32,000 nt of DNA. It comes from Nitrosarchaeum sp. (GTDB lineage: Archaea; Thermoproteota; Nitrososphaeria; Nitrososphaerales; Nitrosopumilaceae). The notes beneath the pieces were generated by a model. It did not search any database, was not told where the DNA came from, and saw only the letters and a program-made list of their open reading frames with translations. Within the stretch, counting starts at the first letter, position 1; the number at the start of each line of letters is the position of its first letter. The stretch lies in contig JAHFUM010000001.1 in assembly GCA_023265135.1 (NCBI GenBank), forward strand, positions 219,632 through 251,631. Direction: 5' to 3'. Shown one piece after another: positions 9,600-17,769 of this stretch. The position numbers were made by a program, and so were the translations under genes.

Positions 9600-9733
9600 G
9601 GCTCAGTAAACTGTGCAGGGTTATGCTCAAAAGCCCATCTGCAACTAGCACAACAGAAATAGTATTTCTTACCTTTATGATCTATAGAATCATGTTTTTC
9701 ATCAACTTCCATGCCACAGACTGGATCTTTCAT
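9596..9733 (-). CDS. YHS/TRASH-type metal-binding domain protein (45 aa), not in ORF track
   Basis: Hand translation: MKDPVCGMEVDEKHDSIDHKGKKYYFCCASCRWAFEHNPAQFTEP. This is the classic DPVCGMxV...YYFCxxxC...F..NP pattern. ATGA overlaps join it to both neighbours. Confidence 0.8.
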   Translation of the reverse strand: MKDPVCGMEVDEKHDSIDHKGKKYYFCCASCRWAFEHNPAQFTEP

Positions 9734-10728
9734 AGTACCATCTTTACCTTCTTTTGATTAATAAAATACCATATAATTGGAAATATAACTAGTCCTAAAA
9801 ATATTATAGGAATAATCTCGTTTGGAATTGTAAAATTATACGGATTTTGATGAACATGTTGTCCTATGTGAAATTCAACAGGCAATCCTATCAGAGATAT
9901 TAAATTATTCCAACCAAGATGAACTATTGTACCTTCATACCAAACATGACCGCCTGGAATACCATTAATTATTAAAAATGCGCCAATTATAACTAGCATC
10001 CATCCTGTTATTTTTTCAACCTTGATTCTGTTTGTAGTTAATCCTTTAGTTGCATTTACTCCAAGTACTGCAAGAAGCGAGAAAAGAATCAAAGGTATTG
10101 CTCTACCGACACCATGCACGAAACCTAGTGATGCGCCAATCTCTAAACTTCCAGTACTTGCAATGTAAATTAACAACCAGTAAAACATTGGATTTGGACA
10201 TCCAACTCCGGCATTACCAAGTAGAATTCCCATCAGATATGATTTTACATATTCGCCTCTATTTTGAATAAATTTAGGTGTCCTGGAATAAGTCGGCATT
10301 GTAAATGTAATCAATTTTAGTTGTGATAAACCAAAAACAAATCCTGCAATTCCAGCTATAAGAAACATTATTGTGGAGAACTGGTCTAGTGATGCTGTTT
10401 TTCCAATAGTTGCAACAGCCAAACCGTACAAAGTTATGGTTGTAGTTAGTCCAGCACCAAAAAGTAATGCCATAGTCAAACCCTTTTTGTAACCTTTTCC
10501 CATGCTTAATGGAATTATAATGAATACTAGTGGAAGCGTACACGGTAAAATAATCATTGAAAGACCAGCAACATAAGATATGACCAACCAGGATGTATAC
10601 GAAAATTCACTTCCAGACTTTATAGCTAGATTACTAGTTAATGAAAAAATAACCCCAAGAAAAATAAATGAAAACAAGACAAATGCTATAATGACGCCAG
10701 ATTTTTTGGCAAGAATAGAATTTGACAT
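9730..10728 (-). CDS. CcdA/DsbD-family membrane thiol-disulfide electron transporter-like protein
   Basis: 332-aa polytopic membrane protein. Two intramembrane Cys-Pro motifs (ILPCTLPLV and GVGCPNPMF), as in the DsbD transmembrane domain. Longer than a typical CcdA. Confidence 0.6.
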   Translation of the reverse strand: MSNSILAKKSGVIIAFVLFSFIFLGVIFSLTSNLAIKSGSEFSYTSWLVISYVAGLSMIILPCTLPLVFIIIPLSMGKGYKKGLTMALLFGAGLTTTITLYGLAVATIGKTASLDQFSTIMFLIAGIAGFVFGLSQLKLITFTMPTYSRTPKFIQNRGEYVKSYLMGILLGNAGVGCPNPMFYWLLIYIASTGSLEIGASLGFVHGVGRAIPLILFSLLAVLGVNATKGLTTNRIKVEKITGWMLVIIGAFLIINGIPGGHVWYEGTIVHLGWNNLISLIGLPVEFHIGQHVHQNPYNFTIPNEIIPIIFLGLVIFPIIWYFINQKKVKMVL

Positions 10729-10852
10729 ATCTTGAGTGGCTTTTTCAGATATTTAACTAGAATATTTTAGGCTGAAAAGAGAGTACAATGAATCAGAGTG
10801 ATAAATTTTATTTTTTATAATAAATTTTCATTTATTAAAATCCATCACATGT

Positions 10853-11014
10853 TTAGAAATTTCGTGAAAAATTATCTGATTTTATTTTTCCACATTTTAT
10901 ACATGAAATAGTTCCATTATGGGAATATTCATGAATGCATTCTTCAAATCCTAAGGACAAATCATTTTGGAATCTTTCTAAATGTTCATGAATTTCTCTT
11001 CCATTTTCTGACAT
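10853..11014 (-). CDS. possible small Cys/His-rich protein (53 aa), not in ORF track
   Basis: Hand translation: MSENGREIHEHLERFQNDLSLGFEECIHEYSHNGTISCIKCGKIKSDNFSRNF. ATG start. No family recognised. Confidence 0.25.
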   Translation of the reverse strand: MSENGREIHEHLERFQNDLSLGFEECIHEYSHNGTISCIKCGKIKSDNFSRNF

Positions 11015-11116
11015 GGTGAATTATGCTCAGATTTTATACAAAACATTAGTTTTACATCATTGCTAAAAAATTATCATCACAGCTAATTAGTTGTAATATA
11101 CAATTTTTTCAAACAC

Positions 11117-11410
11117 TTGATAATGTCACAAAAGAAACTTGCTACAGTTATTTTACCTGATTATGTTTATCATAAGATTAAATTTTTCCAAAAGGAATTA
11201 TCATATAAAGACAATAAAGAATGGAGTATATCAGATACAGTCAATTTATTGTTAAAGTTCTGTCTTTATGAAGAAAATGACTTGATTTATACTCAAGATT
11301 ATTCATTTTTTAAAGAATTCACATATGGAAAGGAATCATTTTTGCAAGATTTTACTTCAAATGTTTTGAGATCATGTATAGAATTTCAAACTATCAGATA
11401 TGATAAATAA
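11117..11410 (+). CDS. hypothetical protein, possible ribbon-helix-helix N-terminus
   Basis: 97-aa ORF; the likely ATG is at 11123. The N-terminus KKLATVILPDYVYHKIKFFQKEL has a strand-helix pattern. Confidence 0.45.
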   Translation: MIMSQKKLATVILPDYVYHKIKFFQKELSYKDNKEWSISDTVNLLLKFCLYEENDLIYTQDYSFFKEFTYGKESFLQDFTSNVLRSCIEFQTIRYDK

Positions 11411-11440
11411 TTATAATAATAACAATCAAGTGGGTTAGTT

Positions 11441-11698
11441 ATGCCACCTAGAAAAAAGATAGAAAAAGATCAAAAACTAAAAGGAGATCAAGCACGAATG
11501 GAATTTTTACAAAGAATAGTAGAAGATAAGCGAGCCGAAGTAGAAATCTATCGAGTACGTGTAGAACAATATTCAAAATGGCCTACAATCAAGGCACAGG
11601 CACAAAAGAATTTAGAAAATGCAGAAAAGGGACTAAAAAAAGCCAGCAGTGATCTCAAGATTCAACAAGAAAACATGGCCAGATTGGAAGAGAAGTAG
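11441..11698 (+). CDS. hypothetical coiled-coil protein
   Basis: 85 aa, highly charged, heptad-like sequence (RMEFLQRIVEDKRAEVEIYRVRVEQY...). Confidence 0.45.
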   Translation: MPPRKKIEKDQKLKGDQARMEFLQRIVEDKRAEVEIYRVRVEQYSKWPTIKAQAQKNLENAEKGLKKASSDLKIQQENMARLEEK

Positions 11699-11808
11699 AA
11701 ATTTTAACTTAATTTTTTATCTACTTAATACTTGTATGTGATTTTGTAAAATTAAGATTAATGTAAAAACAAATGAGTCATATTTATTTATAATGCAAAA
11801 AAAAAGAT

Positions 11809-12330
11809 TTATTCAAATGATTCAGTTCTATTTTTAAGTAATTCTCTTTCAGAGTTAAGTTTGGCGATATCATCCATAATTTTTTTAATTTGTTCATCAT
11901 CTGCAACAGATTTTTTTTCAACTCCTGAAGGTAATTCAATAAAATTACCAACCAACTCATTTTGTTTTCTAATTAGCTCTTCATTTTTTAAGTTTAGTTT
12001 TCCAGAAGCATTATAGGCTTTATTTATGTCATTGTTTTTAGAAGTCAGATCACCTACTTGCCCTGTCAAATGTTGAACAGGCTTTTGGCCAAAATAGAAA
12101 CCGATTATTGTTCCTAAAAAAGGTGCAAGCATGGCGATTAATTGATACGAAGAATCAAATTTATTCTTGTCATAAGTTTGCACAGATAGTACAATATACA
12201 CAAACACTGTAAATGATATAATGATAATCATCGCTATAATGAATTGAAAGAGCTCATCAACCTTAATGTTATATCTCAATTTTTTGTTTGACTTTTCCTC
12301 TTTATTTTTTAATGGTTCTTTATCTGTCAA
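11809..12330 (-). CDS. membrane protein with two TM helices and a C-terminal coiled coil
   Basis: 173 aa. TM segments FQFIIAMIIIISFTVFVYIVL and LIAMLAPFLGTIIGFYFG, followed by a charged helical tail. Confidence 0.55.
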   Translation of the reverse strand: MTDKEPLKNKEEKSNKKLRYNIKVDELFQFIIAMIIIISFTVFVYIVLSVQTYDKNKFDSSYQLIAMLAPFLGTIIGFYFGQKPVQHLTGQVGDLTSKNNDINKAYNASGKLNLKNEELIRKQNELVGNFIELPSGVEKKSVADDEQIKKIMDDIAKLNSERELLKNRTESFE

Positions 12331-12622
12331 CTAAATATAATGAATATGTGTTATTTATTAACAGATCGTTTTATAAATAGTACAAATGCAATTAGGATTC
12401 TAATTAATTGATTTTGCGTTATTTAATCCATACAACCTTAATAATAACATAATTTATTGTCCAAAAATTTTTCAAATAATTTGAGTAATCACATGTTGAG
12501 ACTCAGGTCAAAGATGATTAAATAGTAAATTATGCACTTCGTAAAAAAATGTTAGAATACAGTGAAATTATATTTAAATAATAAATGTTAGAAAAATTTT
12601 TTAATTTTAAAGACTCTGTTAA

Positions 12623-13435
12623 CTATAAACCCAATTCAGCGATTATATTAGTACGATTATTTGTAGTCAAGTAGTTTTTTAAATGAAGAATGATGTTTTG
12701 AATTCGAATTCCTTCATTATTTATGTAAACTGATTGCCCGCTTGCATTAGTTCCTACTGCCCCTTTGCCACGATGAATAGCGATCAAATTCCAAGAATCA
12801 TCAAATACAGGTGAACCTGAAGATGAGGTTTCGGTATCGGATGTGTAACGTATTACTTTTTCAAAGATATTCGTTATAATACTATCACGTAATGCAACTT
12901 TTTTTGGCACACCTAAAGGATGTTGTATAATATTGCATCGATCATTTAATGCGATGTTTGGTATTTTTAATTTAATAAATGCATGTTTATTCCCAGGATT
13001 TCCATTATTTGGAGCTAATCTTATAATTGTATAATCCAGAACATCATTTGTATAGAAAAAACGGGTTGCTAGATCAATGGATGCGTGAAATGTATCAACA
13101 GGTAATTGTGAGCCATGAATATCTAATTGATAATTAAATTGAAATTCGGCGGCTTCTGCATCTTGTATCGTAGGTAAAACATGATTATTTGTCATAAAAA
13201 GTGAGGGTGATACTAAGAATCCTGAAGCAAATTTACCGCTAGGATGTGTTATCACCTTACCTACAGCTTTCTGTATATTTGCACCTGTTTCTAAGAAATT
13301 AACATCTAATAAATCATTATTACCGATCATCGATTTTGATTCAACATGTGGATCATTCTCAGGTGTAGAGATTATTGAAGGAGATTCAAATTCGCTTGTT
13401 AGTTTAATGATAGGCTTTTCATTAATCACGATCAT
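12623..13435 (-). CDS. trypsin-like (clan PA, S1-type) serine peptidase, no signal peptide
   Basis: 270 aa. Triad contexts are GFLVSPSLFMTNNHV (His), VLDYTIIRL (Asp) and TETSSSGSPVF (Ser). The N-terminal NFLETGANIQKAVGKV motif is common in cytoplasmic trypsin-like effector domains. Confidence 0.75.
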   Translation of the reverse strand: MIVINEKPIIKLTSEFESPSIISTPENDPHVESKSMIGNNDLLDVNFLETGANIQKAVGKVITHPSGKFASGFLVSPSLFMTNNHVLPTIQDAEAAEFQFNYQLDIHGSQLPVDTFHASIDLATRFFYTNDVLDYTIIRLAPNNGNPGNKHAFIKLKIPNIALNDRCNIIQHPLGVPKKVALRDSIITNIFEKVIRYTSDTETSSSGSPVFDDSWNLIAIHRGKGAVGTNASGQSVYINNEGIRIQNIILHLKNYLTTNNRTNIIAELGL

Positions 13436-13702
13436 TAGCTGAGTTTATTCTATATAAGATTTATTGGAATAGGGTGAAATTATATTTTAATAAATTCACA
13501 GTAAAATAGTTTCATCACAATGTGGGGGAAAATTATGACGTTTTCATATTCTAATTTATGTTTGGATACCTATGTAATTTGTAATTCTAATTTTATTATG
13601 TAAACATATGTCATTTTCAGGTTCTTTTGTTACAATTAGTGAAATGTTTTATTTTAATACTCAAAAAAATGATAATACAGTGATTACTGAAATTAACAAA
13701 TA

Positions 13703-14029
13703 TTATTTACTTTGTATTCTCTTGATTTCATGTCCTTCTGAATCAAAAATATAAATATGATAATTTTTGATTTTCTCCCCATCATCGGCTTGTATTGATT
13801 TTGCCACTGATATCTGATATTCTATTTTTGGTTTTTCAGGTAATAAGTGAACTGGTTTAATGAATTTTTTTTCAGGTAAGTGAAATTTTCTGTTACAACT
13901 TGCAATCTTTGCCATTGTTTTCGGTTCCGTTAACTGGCTTTTTATTTCATTAGTTGTAAGAGTAACTTCACTGTCTTTATTTTTAGCTTGTATTTCTTTA
14001 AAAATTTTTTTTATAATTTCATCAGACAT
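13703..14029 (-). CDS. hypothetical protein (108 aa), starts 10 nt downstream of the C25-like peptidase gene
   Basis: ORF only, Lys-rich, no TM segment and no motif recognised. Confidence 0.5.
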   Translation of the reverse strand: MSDEIIKKIFKEIQAKNKDSEVTLTTNEIKSQLTEPKTMAKIASCNRKFHLPEKKFIKPVHLLPEKPKIEYQISVAKSIQADDGEKIKNYHIYIFDSEGHEIKRIQSK

Positions 14030-14039
14030 GAATATTCAC

Positions 14040-15149
14040 TTATAGAGTGGGATCTCCATATAAAACAAATTCTATTAATGTTTTTTCAGCATATTTATCA
14101 TTATTTTGCAAAGATTCTTGATAGTATTCGATTTTAGTCTCTATGAAGGCATCTCCACATTTCTTACCACAAGCTATTTTTCTTAAAAACTTATCAGCGA
14201 TCAAATCTGAATAATACAATATTGGTGATGTTCCATTATTTCCATATGCAGTTGCTGTGGAACCAATCACACACTTTGCGCCCATTTTTAGATACATTAA
14301 AGAAATTGCATTGTCAGGGTTTTTTTGGATAATGTATGCACCATAACATGCCTGCGAAATTACGATTGCATTTGGTACTTTAGTAGTATTAATAACATCA
14401 GTGCTTACAGCTGCGGATAAATTTCTTCCATCCGCACCATACCAAAATTTAGATGTTTGATTACCATGTAGATTAAAATAATGGTAAAGACAATCTTTAA
14501 TATTATTAGAAGATACTGTGGTGGATGGATTTATCAGTAAACTATGAGATTGACTAATATTTTCGTAGATTCGTTGTGATGGAAGTTGCCAAGATGATGC
14601 TACACAGCCCATTGATTTAACTTTGTGGTTGGTATGAGAACTATGTGCATTGATTGCTGTTTCTAGTTCACTAATTAAGAAGTTAGAATCATTAGATTTA
14701 CCATCAGGAATTCTACCAACAATCCACTCCGGAAGTAAAAAATCGTTGTCTGATGATGCATAAGGTGCATCAGAATAAACTAGATGATCAGAATTATCCA
14801 CATGTGATTGTTGAATTGTATGAAATGGAATTATTTGGTGTCCACCAACAATTAGCAAGTATTTCAGGTTAGTATTATTTTTATAAAATTGTTGTATTAA
14901 GTCAAGAATTGCATCAGAACTATCATTTTGTACTTTCGTCAAATTAATAGGATTAGTACTTTGAGGGTTATCCACAAAAACTAAACTTGTATTGATGCCT
15001 TCATTTTTTATTGTATCTCTCAGCTTTTCCAAGGAATTTTTTATTTTATTAAAATATGGATCAGAATATTTTTGTCTAAGATTTCCTTCATGTGAGATAA
15101 TCAATAACATAGAAATACAATTAAAATTGAAGTTTATTAATATTTTCAT
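14040..15149 (-). CDS. clan CD cysteine peptidase, gingipain (C25)-like, no signal peptide
   Basis: KYLLIVGGHQIIPF...YSDAPYASSDNDFLLPEWIVGRIP matches the C25 N-terminal pattern. His-Gly (YFNLHGN) and QAC (VISQACYG) form a dyad 40 residues apart. GAKCVIGSTATAYG follows. An alternative start is the ATG at 15110. Confidence 0.65.
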   Translation of the reverse strand: MKILINFNFNCISMLLIISHEGNLRQKYSDPYFNKIKNSLEKLRDTIKNEGINTSLVFVDNPQSTNPINLTKVQNDSSDAILDLIQQFYKNNTNLKYLLIVGGHQIIPFHTIQQSHVDNSDHLVYSDAPYASSDNDFLLPEWIVGRIPDGKSNDSNFLISELETAINAHSSHTNHKVKSMGCVASSWQLPSQRIYENISQSHSLLINPSTTVSSNNIKDCLYHYFNLHGNQTSKFWYGADGRNLSAAVSTDVINTTKVPNAIVISQACYGAYIIQKNPDNAISLMYLKMGAKCVIGSTATAYGNNGTSPILYYSDLIADKFLRKIACGKKCGDAFIETKIEYYQESLQNNDKYAEKTLIEFVLYGDPTL

Positions 15150-15214
15150 ATTATACTCACCTATAGATAGTTATGATTTAGAACTAAGGTTAAATCTGAA
15201 TAACCAAGGTAGTT

Positions 15215-15751
15215 TTAATGTCTAGGTACAGCTGATACGACTGGTTTGTAAATATCTGTTACTTCTTTAATGGTCTCTTGAACATTGTGTACGACTCCAG
15301 ACTTTTTGGAAGATACAAAAGTTACTGTTAATTCATTTATCAGATCTTTAATGGATGTAAACATTTCCTGAGTGGAAATAATTACATTGTGAATATCCTT
15401 ACCATTTACACCGTTTTCATCATTGCCAAATGAATCAATTTTTTTCTTGGCAGAGTCTATTAGAGATGTAGTTTTGTTGATTATACCTGTTTCCTTGAGC
15501 TCCTGTGTAATGTTTTGCATCTTTGTTGCCGTATCATTGATGTTTTCAGAAATTATACGGAAATTTTCAATGTTCTTTACCATTTCTGGCGTTTGGAGTC
15601 CTTGAATTATTTCATTAATCTTGGATACAGTCTCTTTAACATTGGTCAGTGATTCTAGAACTCCTGGTGTGCCAATCTGGCGCATTATTGCTGCTGCATC
15701 AAAAGCAGTTGCCCTGATTTCACTTAATTTGCTTGATTTTTTTTCTTCCAT
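15215..15751 (-). CDS. alpha-helical repeat protein, paralogue A
   Basis: 178 aa. Shares PEM-x3-I...ND...T-x-ELK-x-x-G-x-I motifs with 16093..16620. Confidence 0.6.
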   Translation of the reverse strand: MEEKKSSKLSEIRATAFDAAAIMRQIGTPGVLESLTNVKETVSKINEIIQGLQTPEMVKNIENFRIISENINDTATKMQNITQELKETGIINKTTSLIDSAKKKIDSFGNDENGVNGKDIHNVIISTQEMFTSIKDLINELTVTFVSSKKSGVVHNVQETIKEVTDIYKPVVSAVPRH

Positions 15752-15781
15752 AGTGTTTCAACTTTTCAAATTCAACGATAT

Positions 15782-16096
15782 CTATGCTATTGTATCTGGA
15801 ACGTCTTCCATATAATGAACCTTGTCTGTCAGACGCATTTGTATTACAAATATCAAGCCGCCAATTACAAACATCGAGTTTAGCACGGCAAAGCCAATGT
15901 TGTTTGTAAGAAAGTCATTTACAGCAAGTAAGAGATTAAGTCCTGTTAAGCAAACAGAAATGATAGGAAAATACTTGCCTGTTTTAATTATGACATCAAG
16001 CAAGTGGACAAACAAACTGATCTTTGCAGAATCAGAAATTGGGGTTACAAAATGTACCAATTTCTGTCCTGATTTTGTATTCACTATATGTTTCAT
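15782..16096 (-). CDS. small membrane protein (2-3 TM)
   Basis: 104 aa. Its start codon overlaps the upstream stop (ATGA at 16093-16096). Hydrophobic segments FPIISVCLTGLNLLLAV and AVLNSMFVIGGLIFVI. Confidence 0.55.
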   Translation of the reverse strand: MKHIVNTKSGQKLVHFVTPISDSAKISLFVHLLDVIIKTGKYFPIISVCLTGLNLLLAVNDFLTNNIGFAVLNSMFVIGGLIFVIQMRLTDKVHYMEDVPDTIA

Positions 16097-16620
16097 CGGA
16101 CACCAACTTTGGTTTTTAGATCTTTTACGACCATGCCAGTCACATGATTTGTCTCCTTTTTGACAAGGTCTACTCCTTTGTGTATTGCCTTTGTTGTGTG
16201 TGGAGATACTCTCCCAGCGTCAGTTGCAATATCTTTTACAGTTGATGCAGATTCTTCTGCAATTTTCAAGGTGTTCTCTATAGCACCTGCAGTGTCAACT
16301 ATTGCACCTTTTCTTTTCAGCTCTTTTGTTGTTTCGTTAATATCGTTTACAGTATCACGAACAGCAAACGAAGCTTCACGTATTGCATCAGCCATTTCTG
16401 GTATGGCACCACTTTCGCGAAGAGTTTTCATTGTTTCTCTCATCTTAAATGAATACTCTCTGATGTTCTTTGAGACATTTTGGATGGCTTCCACAGTCTC
16501 GGTTGCAGTCCATTTGTGGACCAGATCCCCTTGCGAAGATCCATTTTGATGATTATTGTAGTCTTTCATGCTGTAATGGCACATGATTTTACTAATAACG
16601 CTCGCTAACAATTTATTCAT
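16093..16620 (-). CDS. alpha-helical repeat protein, paralogue B
   Basis: The ORF track starts at TTG 16641; the first ATG is at 16620 (MNKLL...). Internal repeats: ESGAIPEMADAIRE / RKGAIVDTAGAIEN. Paralogous to 15215..15751. Confidence 0.6.
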   Translation of the reverse strand: MNKLLASVISKIMCHYSMKDYNNHQNGSSQGDLVHKWTATETVEAIQNVSKNIREYSFKMRETMKTLRESGAIPEMADAIREASFAVRDTVNDINETTKELKRKGAIVDTAGAIENTLKIAEESASTVKDIATDAGRVSPHTTKAIHKGVDLVKKETNHVTGMVVKDLKTKVGVR

Positions 16621-16804
16621 ATCATTGATCCATTTATCCAAGGCAGAAATATGGTAAATAGATAGATTCCTCTACTTAATCGGGCAATGTTTTGGGCGTA
16701 ATTATGCGTGAAATTAAATTTCAAGTTCCCAATATAGTTTAAAAAATCACTTTTTATAAGAAATTTTATTAGCTACAATGACATATAATATTCAGAGAAA
16801 CTAA

Positions 16805-17065
16805 ATGACTGAAAATTATGTACGTGTAGGTGGAAGAGGAACATCTAGTAGAATTGCTAAAAAAGAAGATCAGAATTGGACTGGTTCAGCATTTAAAAAT
16901 CTGCAAGAGAAACGAAAAGAAGAATCAAAAAACAGTTACATTTCTGTAGGAAGAGGTACTAGTAAAATCAAGTTTGGAGATATCAATACAGGTTCTCAAC
17001 GACCAACAGGGAAAGGAATGTGGGTAAGTACTGGTCGAGGAACTGGTAAGCGTTTGATAAAATGA
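16805..17065 (+). CDS. small basic protein with three GRGT repeats
   Basis: 86 aa. The three repeats are YVRVGGRGTSSRI, YISVGRGTSKIKF and WVSTGRGTGKRLI. Confidence 0.5.
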   Translation: MTENYVRVGGRGTSSRIAKKEDQNWTGSAFKNLQEKRKEESKNSYISVGRGTSKIKFGDINTGSQRPTGKGMWVSTGRGTGKRLIK

Positions 17066-17166
17066 AATGCTTTCATGATACATAAAACTTGATCAAGATT
17101 TGTTTATTATACTATTTAATTAAAAATAAAATTATATTTTAAGTAAAATAGAAAAAATTTAGAAGT

Positions 17167-17514
17167 TTATTTAAAAGAACGAACTTTGCGAATTACTTTG
17201 TTGTGATCAAATGCAGCTGTAGTAGTAACATACAAGATATGATTCTTACCAGCAGGCATTACTATTCTCTTAACTGTATCATACTCAGCTACAACATATT
17301 TGCATGATCCAAGTGTTCGAAGTAGTTTTTTTCTTTGTTTCCAATCATGAGCAGCAGCTTTTAGTGATGCCAAGCTTTGATTTTTGGACACAAGAATTTT
17401 TACTTTCTTTGAACGTGCAGAGAAAATCAATTTTCCTTGAAGGTCACAAACACTAACTACTCTTACAGAAGGACTTAACTTCAAAAGTTTTTCTGCGGCA
17501 GATTGTATTTCCAT
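17167..17514 (-). CDS. hypothetical protein, possibly Roadblock/LC7-like
   Basis: 115 aa. Pattern LLKLSPSVRVVSVCDLQGKLIF...ILYVTT loosely resembles the Roadblock/LC7 fold. Weak, by eye only. Confidence 0.4.
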   Translation of the reverse strand: MEIQSAAEKLLKLSPSVRVVSVCDLQGKLIFSARSKKVKILVSKNQSLASLKAAAHDWKQRKKLLRTLGSCKYVVAEYDTVKRIVMPAGKNHILYVTTTAAFDHNKVIRKVRSFK

Positions 17515-17568
17515 GTTATTGGTTTGTGTTATAGTTGATAAAATTTTCTATTTCATTTACTAAAATAA

Positions 17569-17647
17569 ACTAACTGATAGTAAGAGAACGGCAGGGCTTG
17601 AACTAACAGATAGTATGGGCCCACAGGTTCTCTCACTATCAGTTAGT
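17569..17647. repeat. imperfect inverted repeat (21-nt arms, 1 mismatch, 37-nt spacer) enclosing the distal att copy
   Basis: Left arm 17569-17589 is actaactgatagtaagagaac. Right arm 17627-17647 is gttctctcactatcagttagt. Confidence 0.8.
17590..17627. repeat. att direct repeat, distal copy (displaced 3' end of tRNA-Val plus trailer)
   Basis: ggcagggCttgaactaacagatagtatgggcccacagg matches 24727-24764 at 37 of 38 positions. Confidence 0.9.
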
Positions 17648-17769
17648 AAGAGCCCAAGAAATTTTGTGAATAAAAGTTGACATAAAATGCAGAAAGCTTA
17701 TCGGAGTAGCTACAAACTCCTTTCCTATTTTTTATTTTTCGATAAAACTGTAATTTATGAAAATTAAAC

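Noticed and set aside
10050-10543. ORFs 10050..10271 (+) and 10274..10543 (-) within the CcdA-like gene
   Set aside because: One is antisense and the other is an alternative frame of a polytopic membrane-protein gene. Neither has a coherent hydrophobic pattern or motifs.
14992-16549. Five plus-strand ORFs (60-129 aa) opposite the minus-strand cluster, including the 129-aa ORF 16160..16549
   Set aside because: The minus-strand reading is supported by paralogy between the two helical proteins, by protease motifs and by ATGA coupling. The plus-strand products are Ser/Phe/Val-rich with no features.
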